Assembly: GCA_963702475.1 (NCBI GenBank) | Contig: CAVPCT010000003.1 | Span: 800,001-864,000 of the forward strand | Direction of reading: 5' to 3' | DNA: 64,000 bases | From: an uncultured Thermoleophilia bacterium | Lineage (GTDB): Bacteria > Actinomycetota > Thermoleophilia > UBA2241 | Shown here: positions 52,087-61,999 of the stretch, piece by piece | Numbering within the stretch: position 1 is the first letter of the stretch | How the letters are laid out: every line of letters begins with the position of its first letter | Program-made: the position numbers and the translations under genes | The notes under the pieces: generated by a model | Told to the model about the DNA's origin: nothing | Database searches by the model: none | The model's input: the letters and a program-made list of their open reading frames with translations, nothing else

Positions 52087-53034
52087 ATGAGAGACCTGAA
52101 CGCCATCGGCGTTGCACTGATCCAGCAGCGTGTCCTGTCAGGCATCGAGAACAGAGAGCGCAATCTCGAGCGCGCACTGGAGCTCATCGACGTCGCGATG
52201 CACGGCAAAGGCGACCTTGGGACAGTGGACATCATCGGCCTCGCGGAGACGTTCGCCACCGGGTTTCCGAGCTTCTATCCCCCAGACCGAGAGCTGTTCC
52301 AGAAGTGGGGCGAGCGTGTACCGGACACGCGGGGAGAGGTGCCGGCTTCGAGCACGATTCTGGGCGTGCTGTCGGAGAAGGCACGCGAGCATCACGTGTG
52401 GATCCAGGCGGGATCGGTCCTCGAGACCGACGACGAAGGCGAGATCCACAACACCGCCGTCCTGCTCGACGACGAGGGGCGCTTCGTGGGCAAGTACACG
52501 AAGGTGCAGCCGTGGACGCCTGAGCCGCCCTACGCGCGAGCCACCCTGCCCGTCTTCGACACCCCGTTGGGCGTCATCGGTATGAACATCTGCTACGACG
52601 GCAGCTTCCCGGAGATCTCACGCATCCTCGCCCTCAAGGGCGCGGAGATCATCTTTCGCCCCTCGGAGATGAACGACCCGCTTAACGCCCTCGGCTGGGA
52701 GTGGTGGCAGATCGAGAACCGGGCGCGGGCCATCGAGAACCACTGCTACGTGGTCGCCGTGTCCTGCATCAAGCAGGACGAGATCTTCACCTACCCCGGC
52801 TGCAGCCAGCTCGTCGATCCCTTCGGGCGCGTGCTCATCGAGTCGAGCGACAACATGGGCGAACGCGTCCTCTTCGACACCATGGACATCCTCAACGTGC
52901 GTCGCATCAGGAAGGAGTGGATCAGCGACAACCATTTCAAGGATCTGCGCGTCGACCTCTACGCGAAGGAGTACTCAGAGCTGGCCGCTCTGCGTGAAGC
53001 CGATCCGTCCCAGCCAGCTACCTCGGCATCGTGA
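52087..53034 (+). CDS. Carbon-nitrogen hydrolase (amidase/formamidase-like)
   Basis: E-K-C triad in LAETF, YTKVQPW, ICYDG. Confidence 0.9.
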   Translation: MRDLNAIGVALIQQRVLSGIENRERNLERALELIDVAMHGKGDLGTVDIIGLAETFATGFPSFYPPDRELFQKWGERVPDTRGEVPASSTILGVLSEKAREHHVWIQAGSVLETDDEGEIHNTAVLLDDEGRFVGKYTKVQPWTPEPPYARATLPVFDTPLGVIGMNICYDGSFPEISRILALKGAEIIFRPSEMNDPLNALGWEWWQIENRARAIENHCYVVAVSCIKQDEIFTYPGCSQLVDPFGRVLIESSDNMGERVLFDTMDILNVRRIRKEWISDNHFKDLRVDLYAKEYSELAALREADPSQPATSAS

Positions 53035-53067
53035 CGGACAACGTGTGAGAACAAGAAGGGAGTGGAT

Positions 53068-54690
53068 ATGAGCGTTCCCACAGCCTCGGGCACGGACCTC
53101 TCCTTCGCCAGGAAGGCGAGTGGTCTGGTGAGGGGGCTCTCGCTGATCGACTGTTTTGGCGTCGGGCTCATGACGCAGGGCGTGACGCCGAGCCTCTGGG
53201 TGTTCATCAGCCTGGGACTGGGCGTGTACATGGGCGGGAACCTGCTGCTCGCCACGCTCATCTCCGTCGTTCTCGCCGGCATCGGTATCCCCATCGTCTG
53301 GGGTATGCTCTCAGGCAGCATGCCGCGAGCCGGCGGTGAGTACATCTACAACTCGCGCATCCTGCATCCGCTTCTCGGCATGGCGGAGAGCTTCACCACG
53401 GTCATCGTCTTCCTCCTGTGGATAGCGCTCCTCGCACCCTGGGTCGCCGACCCGGGCCTCACAACCATGGCCTCGCTGCTCGGTTGGCAGGGTATCGCCG
53501 ACTTTGTGGCCACGTCTTGGGGCGTGTACGTCGTCGCGACCGTGACCAACATCATCGCCTTCCTCTTCGTTGTCTTCGGGGTGAAGTGGTACGCGATCTT
53601 CCAGAAGATCTTCATGGCCGTTGGACTGATCGGCCTCGTTGTCATGGGAATCGTGCTGCTCACGGTCAACAAGGCCACCTTCGTCCAAAATTGGAACGAA
53701 CTCGCGGGTCAGTACGATTCGCTGCGCTACGAGGCCTTCATCCCTGCCGTGGCGAAGGCCGCCGGCCAGGCGATCCCGACGACCTGGAACTGGCTCGACA
53801 CCTTCGGGCTGCTGATGTCGGCGTCGTGGCTGTTCGGGGCGAGCTACATGACCGTCTACGTGGCTGGTGAGGTCAAGCGGCCTGACCGCACTCTGATCCT
53901 CGCCAACCTGTTTGCCATCCTCGTGCCGGCCGTCTTCACAGTGTGGATCGTCGGTGGCCTGCAGCGTCTCATGGACCACCAGTTCATGGCGGCGACTTCC
54001 TGGATGGACGTGAACGGCGCGGTACCTGGCTACAACCTGCCGTTCTCGACCAACTTCATGGGCCTCATCCACATTGGCAACGGCAGCGGCATTCTGGCGT
54101 TCATCATGGGCTGCTCGTTTATTGCGTTCGGCCTGTGGTGGACAGCTCTGGAGTATCTCGGCTTTCCACGTGCGCTTTTCGCGTGGGGCATGGACCGCAT
54201 GGGTCCGAAGTGGTTCACGGACGTGAACCCGCGCTTTGCGTCTCCGGTGAAGACGCACGTCCTGTGTTTCGTCCTCGGCCAGACCCTGATCACGGTCTAC
54301 GTGTTCTGGACCAGCAACCCCCTGGCCGCTTTGAGCGCGACGCTGCAGCAGGTGTTTGGGCTGTTCGGACTGACCGCGATCTCGGCCTTGGTCTTCGCCT
54401 ACCGCAAGCGCTCACGGCTCATCTGGGAGAGCTCGCCGTACCACGAGACGAGGCTCTTCGGGATACCGGTCATCGCGCTCGGCGCGATCGTGTACCTCGT
54501 CTACCTGACGCTGCTCGCGGTCGCCTTCTTCGCCATGCCCGACACTGGCGCTCTCACCTGGGGTTCCGCGATCTTCATCGGCGGCTCCTGGGTGATCGGT
54601 ATCGCCTGGTACTTCATCTGGAAAGCACGGGCCCGCACCCAGGGGGTGGACATCTCCAAGCTCGCCTACAACCAGCTGCCGCCTGACTGA
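53068..54690 (+). CDS. APC family amino acid/amine permease
   Basis: FARKASGLVR, MPRAGGEY, AGEVK, RALFAWGMDR; many TM helices. Confidence 0.9.
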   Translation: MSVPTASGTDLSFARKASGLVRGLSLIDCFGVGLMTQGVTPSLWVFISLGLGVYMGGNLLLATLISVVLAGIGIPIVWGMLSGSMPRAGGEYIYNSRILHPLLGMAESFTTVIVFLLWIALLAPWVADPGLTTMASLLGWQGIADFVATSWGVYVVATVTNIIAFLFVVFGVKWYAIFQKIFMAVGLIGLVVMGIVLLTVNKATFVQNWNELAGQYDSLRYEAFIPAVAKAAGQAIPTTWNWLDTFGLLMSASWLFGASYMTVYVAGEVKRPDRTLILANLFAILVPAVFTVWIVGGLQRLMDHQFMAATSWMDVNGAVPGYNLPFSTNFMGLIHIGNGSGILAFIMGCSFIAFGLWWTALEYLGFPRALFAWGMDRMGPKWFTDVNPRFASPVKTHVLCFVLGQTLITVYVFWTSNPLAALSATLQQVFGLFGLTAISALVFAYRKRSRLIWESSPYHETRLFGIPVIALGAIVYLVYLTLLAVAFFAMPDTGALTWGSAIFIGGSWVIGIAWYFIWKARARTQGVDISKLAYNQLPPD

Positions 54691-54712
54691 AAAGGACTAG
54701 CGGCGACGTCGG

Positions 54713-54742
54713 CGGGGCGGGGTCTGCGAAGACCCCGCCCCG
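54713..54742 (+). terminator. GC-rich hairpin after APC permease
   Basis: CGGGGCGGGGTCT-GCGA-AGACCCCGCCCCG. Confidence 0.65.
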
Positions 54743-54895
54743 GCTGCGCGCATAGTCGCCGCCGGATTGCCGACGAGACGCCTCACCACGGCGCAATAAG
54801 CCTGCGCACGGCCCGCCATGGAGCTGATGCAGAACCTTGGATTGTGCAGCAGAATTGCGCACGGCAGCCTACGGCCCAGCACCGTAGGCTGACGA

Positions 54896-54942
54896 CTGCA
54901 AGACCTCCATCACCGGTTCGACTCCGGTCGCCGCCTCCAACT
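54896..54942 (+). repeat. attR: duplicated 3' half of tRNA-Cys
   Basis: CTGCAAGACCTCCATCACCGGTTCGACTCCGGTCGCCGCCTCCAACT. Confidence 0.93.
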
Positions 54943-55517
54943 TCTCTCCTGCAAATGGGCATGTTCTTCTCTGCGCACGTTCTCGGATGTCACCGAATGC
55001 TGCCATGTGCGCCGACGTGTGGCGACCCAAATACGTGGGACGGGGTGGTTTGAGACGGGTCTCGTCTGGAACGGACGGAATTGCGAACCCTCGGCAGCCT
55101 TGGCCGGCGGCTCTCCGGGCAGCCTACGCCGCCCATCCACGATGGGTGTTGATGTCATAGGCGGAAGAGAGCAACTGCATCGGTGCGATGGCGGTCTGCC
55201 CGTCCAGCCGATCGTCCCAGTCCCCTCCGGTGACTCCCAAGTTCTAGTGTCCGGTGAAGGGCTTGACATCACAGGCCCCATTCGGGCTGGCGTCATTGCG
55301 GAAGTGGGCCACGCAGACTGTCCGGAGTCGCACGGAGGCGCGCCACCTGGCCGGGCGACCAGCTCCAGGACTGCTCATCCAGGCAGGCAATAGTCCGTCC
55401 GCTTGGTGGGCGTTTTGAGGAGGAGATCCCGCTAGCCTGTAGCTCGGAGGAGCACCTGGAGGCATGGGTGCTTGACGAGGCGAGAGGATGGTCATGGGAT
55501 CCTTGAGGAGACACTCC

Positions 55518-56417
55518 GTGGGCGGCAAGGCTGAGCTGTGGGTCGGCCTCGTCCTCTGCGCGGCCGTGGTCGCGGCCGGGATACTGCAGCAACTCGTTAA
55601 CGATCGGCCAGACTACGCGGAGATATTCGGTCCGAGCTGGCTGCCCCTCGCCGCCGCCGGCGTCGCCGCGGTGGGCATCCTCATGCGGTTGACCGGTAGC
55701 CCGCAGCTGCGTCTGCAACGCGCCCTGAGCTGGAGCGCTCTCCTGCTGATGCTGGGGGCTGCTGGTGGACTGATGATCGACCTTCTGCGCGTCGTGAGCC
55801 TCGTGATCCCGGGCCTCATGCCGGCGGCGGGTGTCGACTGGCTGGGGCTGGCGACGCGGGCGTTCGCTTGCGCCGTCGCCGTCGTCCTCGCGCATCTAGC
55901 CCTGGCGCGCCCGTCCGCCTTCGCTTCCACCCGCGTCGCCACCTGGTACGGCTACGCCGCACTCGCGTTCGCGCTGCCCTACCCCGTCCTCAAGACGTGG
56001 TGGGCCCTGGGAGGGGACTTCGGCCTGAAGTGGCCGGGAGCGGACGGCTTGGCCGGCTCCTTCGCGCTCTGGCTGCCCGCCGTCCCGTGGCTGCTGGCGG
56101 CCACCCTGTCTCTGCTCTTGGTGGTGACGCCGCGTTGGCTGCCGCGCCGGCCGTTGCTGGCCGCAGGCTGGTTTGCCAGCGTCGTGGTCGCCACGTTCGG
56201 GCTCTCGGCCTGCTCTGCGTTCGTCGTCGGGCTCCTTCGCGGCGATGTCGACTCGGGAGGCATGGCCACCTGGGTCTTTGGTCTCGTCTACGGCAGCTGG
56301 TTCCTCTGGGCCATAGCGGCCGGCGCTGCCACCCGCTCGTATCAGCTGCGTAGTGGGGTCCCTGCCGACGTCCTCGCCAACGAGGCGCGTGGCCAGGTCG
56401 TGCAGTTCACAAGCTAG
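55518..56417 (+). CDS. Multi-pass membrane protein of unknown function
   Basis: About 8 hydrophobic segments; GAGGAG RBS before GTG. Confidence 0.7.
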   Translation: MGGKAELWVGLVLCAAVVAAGILQQLVNDRPDYAEIFGPSWLPLAAAGVAAVGILMRLTGSPQLRLQRALSWSALLLMLGAAGGLMIDLLRVVSLVIPGLMPAAGVDWLGLATRAFACAVAVVLAHLALARPSAFASTRVATWYGYAALAFALPYPVLKTWWALGGDFGLKWPGADGLAGSFALWLPAVPWLLAATLSLLLVVTPRWLPRRPLLAAGWFASVVVATFGLSACSAFVVGLLRGDVDSGGMATWVFGLVYGSWFLWAIAAGAATRSYQLRSGVPADVLANEARGQVVQFTS

Positions 56418-56439
56418 GTGAGCGCTACTGCTCGCAGTG

Positions 56440-56600
56440 CCAGGTGGGTCGGAGAGCTCGACTTCATCTGCGGCCCGTCAAATGCTCGGGAGATCGCTCG
56501 CCGCGTCTCCGGATCCGAGCTGGTGATCCTTCCGGACTGCGGGCACATCCGCGCCTACGAGGAGCCGATGGCATTTCGTCAGACAGTCCTCAAGTGGTGA
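56440..56600 (+). pseudogene. Alpha/beta hydrolase C-terminal remnant
   Basis: VGELDFIC..LVILPDCGH..EEP. Confidence 0.6.
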
Positions 56601-56636
56601 GATTCGCAATGATGCCCGACTCATTCGTTGTCGAGG

Positions 56637-56680
56637 TGATAAGGAAGAGGTCCGTGGTTCGAATCCACGTGCGCCCACCA
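56637..56680 (+). repeat. 3' half of a tRNA, probably Ile(GAT); att-site relic
   Basis: TGATAAGGAAGAGGTC-CGTGG-TTCGAAT-CCACG-TGCGCCC-ACCA; no 5' half. Confidence 0.8.
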
Positions 56681-56725
56681 GCGATTTGCAGCGAAATCGC
56701 TTTCTCCACGCTCCGCCAGACACTC

Positions 56726-56823
56726 GTTCTGCAACCATTCTGCAACCCAAATGCGCGCGTCTAGATTCTGCACCGACATTCTGCACGACATTCTGCACGA
56801 CATTCTGCCGACATTCTGCCGAC
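56726..56823 (+). repeat. Short direct repeats with TTCTGC core (2 + 5 copies)
   Basis: TTCTGCAACC x2; ATTCTGC(A)C(C)GAC x5 in tandem. Confidence 0.85.
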
Positions 56824-57090
56824 GAGACTCCCAGTGATAGGGCGACACGGCTGAATATGGAGCGGCACGGACATCTGCTGCTCAGCCCCGAGCGACGGCC
56901 CTCTGGCGCAGCACCCGTGGACGCTGCAGCCCGCTGGACTCAGGGTGCCGCCGATAGCGTGAGAGCCTCACCGTTTGATGCTGGGAGTAGGATTAGTCCG
57001 AAGAGCATCGCAGGGAGTGGGACATAGGGCGGTGACAGAAGACGGTCGCCGATCGAGGACTATTCGCCTCTTGAGGACCGAGGAACGCGT

Positions 57091-57918
57091 ATGCAGCGTC
57101 ACGATCCCGCCACCAAGCGCGCCCAGGTGCGGACCGCGCTGCTGCTCGCCGCCGGCGTGGGTTGCCGGCTGGCGCCGCTGACCGAAGCGCTGCCGAAGTG
57201 CCTCGTCTCCGTGAGCGGAGTGCCGATCCTCGAGCGACTGGTTCGCGCCCTCGACGCTCACGGCTTCGAGCGCCTGGTCATCGTCACAGGCTACAAGGCC
57301 GAGATGATACGCGACTACCTCGGCGAGTGCTTCGGCGGCATCACCGTCGAGTACATCGTCAGCCCGCTGTTTGCGACCACCAACACCATCTACTCACTGT
57401 GGCTGGCGCGACAGCTGATCGACGAATCGCTCCTGCTCGTCGAAAGCGATGTCGTCTTCGACGAGCAGCTGCTGACGCCGCTGCTGCGGCCCGACCGCAT
57501 CGCCGTCTCGAGGCAGCTGCCGTGGATGAGCGGCGCCACGGTCACGCTCGACGCGAGCGGCAACGTCAGCGCCTTCTATCCGCCGCCCCCGGGCGCGCCC
57601 GACCAACACTGCACCGACGCCGACCACTTCATGGCAGTCAACATCACCAGCCTAGCACGCGACACTTGGGCCGAGGTCTGCGAGCGACTCGACCGGCATG
57701 TGGCAGCCGGCGAGACCGGCTTCCTCCACGAGACCGTGTTCGAGGAGATGACCGCAGATGGCAGTATGACCCTGGCGGCCGTGATCTTCCCCAGCGAACG
57801 CTGGTACGAGGTCGACACGGCGACCGATCTGGTCGCGGCCGAGCTGGTGTTCCCCAGGCACCCGATCATCGCCAGAGGAACGCGGCGGCGGACGCACCGC
57901 GACGGAGCGGAGGTGTGA
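57091..57918 (+). CDS. Phosphocholine cytidylyltransferase (LicC)-like nucleotidyltransferase
   Basis: LLAAGVGCRL..PKCL, TNTIYSL, ESDVVF, WYEVDT. Confidence 0.88.
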   Translation: MQRHDPATKRAQVRTALLLAAGVGCRLAPLTEALPKCLVSVSGVPILERLVRALDAHGFERLVIVTGYKAEMIRDYLGECFGGITVEYIVSPLFATTNTIYSLWLARQLIDESLLLVESDVVFDEQLLTPLLRPDRIAVSRQLPWMSGATVTLDASGNVSAFYPPPPGAPDQHCTDADHFMAVNITSLARDTWAEVCERLDRHVAAGETGFLHETVFEEMTADGSMTLAAVIFPSERWYEVDTATDLVAAELVFPRHPIIARGTRRRTHRDGAEV

Positions 57919-58562
57919 GCCGGGGGGCCTCGCGGTCGCCCGGGAGTCCCAGGCCGATGCTCTCCTTCGCCCGCGACCTGCCCAACCTGTGCTCGCTGGC
58001 TGGGCTGCTCGCCGCGCTGCTCGGACTCTACTTCGCGATCCGCGGCGTCTACCCGGCGGCGATGATCGGCCTGCTCTGGGCGGTCGTCTTCGACTGGAGC
58101 GACGGCCTCATCGCGCGCCGCATGAGGGGCCGCACGGCCGAGCGACGGGCGTTCGGGGCGCAGCTCGACTCCCTGATCGACATCGTCAGCTTCAGCGTCG
58201 CGCCCGCGCTTCTGCTGCTGAGCGTCGGCCATTTCGGCCCCTTGTTCATCCCCGGCGCCTTCGTGATCCTTGCCACGGGGGCCATACGCCTTAGCTACTT
58301 CAACGTCTTCGGACTGCTCGACGATTCGACCTACCGTGGCTTGGCGCTCGACAACAACGTTTTCGTCCTCGCGCTCCTCTTCGTCTTCGAGCCGCTCGTC
58401 GGCCAAGCGACTTTCGCCCTCGTCCTCTACGTCGCCTTGCTGGTGCTCGCCGCCCTCAACGTGGCGTCGATCGAGACGCCCAAGCTCGGCGGGCGCTGGT
58501 ACTTCGCCGTCATCGGGTACGCACTCGTGCTGAGCGCGGTCTACGGGTGGCAGCTGGCGTAG
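57915..58562 (+). CDS. CDP-alcohol phosphatidyltransferase (PssA-like)
   Basis: LPNLCS, DWSDGLIARR..FGAQLDSLID signature, IRLSYFN. Confidence 0.9.
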   Translation: MSRGASRSPGSPRPMLSFARDLPNLCSLAGLLAALLGLYFAIRGVYPAAMIGLLWAVVFDWSDGLIARRMRGRTAERRAFGAQLDSLIDIVSFSVAPALLLLSVGHFGPLFIPGAFVILATGAIRLSYFNVFGLLDDSTYRGLALDNNVFVLALLFVFEPLVGQATFALVLYVALLVLAALNVASIETPKLGGRWYFAVIGYALVLSAVYGWQLA

Positions 58563-58916
58563 CCCACTGGGCGAGGCGCGACCTTCGGCCGGTGGCCCCG
58601 CCGCAGCGCCGTCGATGGACCGCAGCGATTCGCGGACGGCGTCTGCGATCAGCGTTCGCCCGGAGCGGGCCGGTGCCGTCCCTCTACGGTGGTAGCGTCA
58701 TTCTTCGCTTGATCTCGTACTGCGTGCCGGATCCCACGCGCTGCGACACGGGAGGGGGAATGGGGATCGCCTACCTGCGGGACCAACCATGGAGTGGTTG
58801 GACGCAAGAGGAGCGTACCCAGTGACAGCACCATGAGGTAGACGCGCGTTCCTGTTGTCCTGGAAGTCGCCTACTGCCGAGGCGGCCGAGTGCCTAGAGG
58901 GAGGGGGGTGGCAACG

Positions 58917-60406
58917 ATGTTGTTCCAGAACTTCTACGAGTTCCGCGACGCTCAGCTCACGTGTCCTGACTGCGGCTGGTCAGGCACGGGCCGAGAGACG
59001 GGAGTCGGCGAGATCTTCTCCGAGCTGTTCGAGTTCAACTGCCCGAGGTGCGACGAGAAGCTCGGCATCTGCAACCACCCCTCTATCGAGGACGCGCGCG
59101 AGAAGTGGAATCGGCTGAGCGAGGCCGAGCGCCGCGACTGGGAGGCCCACGAAGACCGCCGGGAGCGCCGCCAGCGTGAGTCGCTGCATTCGCACGACGA
59201 GCTGCCCGACCCGGACGCGGACGTCATCGTCGTCAGCTGGGACCTCGAAGAGCTGGACGAACAGACGCGCTGGTACGTCCTGCGCTGCGGCGAGCGGGAG
59301 CTCTGGCGAGAGCCGGCGGGCTTCAAGGACTACCGGCGCTTCGAGGAGGTCGTCGCGCTCCTCATGGCCAAGTACGGCACGCGCCTCAAGGACGTCGTCC
59401 CTTCCGGGGCGGCCACGTTCTTCCTCTGGGGCGACCGCCTCTCTGCGGGGCGCGTGATCGCCGAGGCCCGCGAGCGGGTTCAGGCGGCGGCCGAGGGTCG
59501 CCCCACGGAGATGGAGCTGAGGCAGCGCGCGGAGGAGGCGCGGATCGCGGCGGCCGAGAAGGAGAAGGCGTTCCACGCCCGCCGCCGGCGAGGGAAGCTG
59601 AGGTCCGCCGAGCAGCTCCCGGACCTGGACGCGGAGGAGATCGTCATCACCTGGGACTGGGAGGAGGGGCCGCGGGAGGAGTGGGGTGGTCCCCTGCTGC
59701 CCGCCTGGTACTACGTCCTGAGCTGCGGCGAAGAGCTGGTGTGGCGCCAGCCCGCAGGTTGGGAGGACTACGAGCTCTTCGGCGAGATCGCCTCCATCCT
59801 CGTGGACAGGTACGGACTGCGCCTCAAGGACCTCATCCCCTCGCCTGCAGCCAGGGGCAGTCTGGGGGTGACCGCCTCTGCGCCGGGGCCACCCTGGATG
59901 ACGTCCGCCAGCGGGTTCAGGATGCCAGAAGACTCCTCTACATCGACGTGGACAGCGCCCTCGTCGACTTCGCCTCAGGCGTCGCCCGCCTCTCCGCCTC
60001 CGAAGCGCGAGAGTACGCGGGCCGCCTCGACGAGGTGCCCCGCATCTTCGCCCGCATGTCCCCCGCATCCGGCGCCCTGGAGGCTGTTCGTGAGCTGGCG
60101 GTGCACTACGACATGCGCTTCGTCGCGAAGCCGCGTTGGAAAGATCAGTCGGCCTGCGAAGACAAGGAACGCTGGCTCGAGCGGCGCCTCGCCGCAGTGC
60201 CGTGGAAGCGCCCACTTCTGCCTCGCTCCACAGATGATCGTGGCGACTACCTGGTCCACGGAGGGATCACGGAGGACGCCTCTCGGATCGCCCGTGAAGT
60301 CATTCAGCTCGGCAGCGAGGAGTTCCCCGACTGGCAGTCAGTCACAGCCTATCTTCTGGCTCGGCGACGCGACTGGCTGCAGCTGGCGGGTGATTTGCGC
60401 GAGTGA
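58917..60406 (+). CDS. Zn-ribbon + duplicated unknown domain + degenerate NT5C-like HAD domain, frameshift near 59865
   Basis: CPDC..CPRC; two copies of LPD.DA..I.V.WD..Y.L.CG..L.WR.PAG..DY; YIDVDSALVDF..FPDW. Confidence 0.65.
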
Positions 60407-60522
60407 TCTGGAGCTAGGCCCGGAAGGGTCGACGCGGCTGGAACGTCAGCCGAAGGTCGGCGGTGGGCCAAGAAGTCGTGGACGTCGCGCTGTTACCTGA
60501 GCGGCACAGGTTCGCGTGACCT

Positions 60523-61002
60523 GTGGCGCGCATGGAAGTGCCGGCTGGACGGGTCGGGTTCTGCTGGCACCGCGAACCGCCAGAGGATGAGGGGCTTGCG
60601 CGGGGTCGTAGACTCGAAGAAGGGTGGCATTCTACCTTCGTCCGACCCAGGGAGGACACCATCGGAGCCTTAGGCGTGCTTGCGGTCCTGACTCTCATTC
60701 CGGCCATGGTCTTATTCACGATAGCCCGCGGCCTCGCCCACGACCTGGTGCAGTTGTATGTCAAGCGTAGCGCCAACCCAGATCTTCAAGTCCTGCCGGT
60801 CTCGAAATGGTGGCGTGAGGCGCTCGCGCTGGAGAGGTTCTTCGTAGTTGTTGGGCTGTGCGACCTCGCGCTGCTTGCGCTGTTTCTCGTCTACCTCGCC
60901 ATCTGGCATCCCGGCGAATTCGGACTTGCCCTTGAGCTAACCCTCATCTTTGGAGGCATTGGGCTGTTCGCCCTCTACTTGATGGGGCACTACTCCGAAT
61001 GA
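60523..61002 (+). CDS. Hypothetical membrane protein
   Basis: Three hydrophobic segments; start uncertain. Confidence 0.45.
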   Translation: MARMEVPAGRVGFCWHREPPEDEGLARGRRLEEGWHSTFVRPREDTIGALGVLAVLTLIPAMVLFTIARGLAHDLVQLYVKRSANPDLQVLPVSKWWREALALERFFVVVGLCDLALLALFLVYLAIWHPGEFGLALELTLIFGGIGLFALYLMGHYSE

Positions 61003-61048
61003 TGGCTGCGGACGCTGCGGCGAGACCCGTGACGAGTCGGGGGGCGAC

Positions 61049-61537
61049 ATGACGATTGCCGTACGTCCAGCGCGGTTCACGGACCTGCGAGCCCTGGTCG
61101 AACTGAGCGGTTTGGTGCAGGAGCTCCACGTCGCAAACCTGCCTGCGGACTTCAGACCGCCGCGCGAACGCGAGGTCGCGAGATGGTTCAACGACATGCT
61201 GCAGGATGAAGAGACGTGGGTCTGGATTGCCGAACACGAGCGCTACCCTGTGGGCTTTGCCGTTGCGTTCATCAATGAACGGCCGGACCATCCCTACTGC
61301 TGCCCGTCCCGATCGCTCGAGATCGACCAAATCGGCGTTCGTGCTGAGTGGCAGAGGCGAGGCATTGGAAGGGCTTTGGTGGGGAAGGCCCTGGAGGTGG
61401 CACGGGAGAGAGGGCTTGATCGTGTGGAGCTTGGCTCATGGAGCTTCAACCGCGACGCTCATGAAGCCTTCCAGCATCTCGGCTTCGCTCCGCTTTCGAC
61501 ACGCTACCGACGAGATGTGATTGCTGGCGACGCCTGA
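61049..61537 (+). CDS. GNAT N-acetyltransferase
   Basis: IGVRAEWQRRGIGRAL, FNRDA..F. Confidence 0.88.
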   Translation: MTIAVRPARFTDLRALVELSGLVQELHVANLPADFRPPREREVARWFNDMLQDEETWVWIAEHERYPVGFAVAFINERPDHPYCCPSRSLEIDQIGVRAEWQRRGIGRALVGKALEVARERGLDRVELGSWSFNRDAHEAFQHLGFAPLSTRYRRDVIAGDA

Positions 61538-61764
61538 CGTCGAGGCGGCGTCAGACCCGCACCTTGCAACGGCGTTTCTCCCCTCTGCCCTCCGAACGAG
61601 GCATCGAGGGGCTCGTCGGATTTCGCTCAAGCGTCGGCAACCCGTCGGCGGTGTGCTCTACTCTGCTGCACTGAGGCCATCCTGGGCCGATGCACAGGTC
61701 GTGTAGACCTGTCGCCAGAAGAGGGACGGATGTCGTGCGCCTGCCGCCTCGATGCCGAGCGCGC

Positions 61765-61996
61765 ACCACAGATCACTTCGCGGCTCAACTCGATCAGGTG
61801 GTGAGGAACCCGCAGGGCTACGAGGTGTACGGCTCGCCCGACCAGTTCTTTGCCCTCACGTACCCGACTCAGGGCCTCAAGACGATGCTGGCCCGCAGCT
61901 TCGGACGCCTCACGGGCGCCAAGGTCGAGGGCGCCCAGCACGGCGTCATCCGCTCCGAGACGAGCTTCGGTGGCGGCAAGACGCACAGCCTCATGG
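61765..61996 (+). pseudogene. DUF499-like AAA+ ATPase N-terminal remnant
   Basis: FAAQLDQV, Y..PDQFFALTYPT, TSFGGGKTHSL. Confidence 0.7.
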
Positions 61997-61999
61997 GTC

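Noticed and set aside
54896-54940. Second tRNA-Cys gene
   Set aside because: 5' half absent; it is an att duplication
54950-55480. Short ORFs after attR
   Set aside because: No recognisable motifs and interrupted frames; probably decayed mobile DNA
56765-56823. CRISPR array
   Set aside because: Repeats are 11-13 bp, tandem, with no spacers and no cas genes
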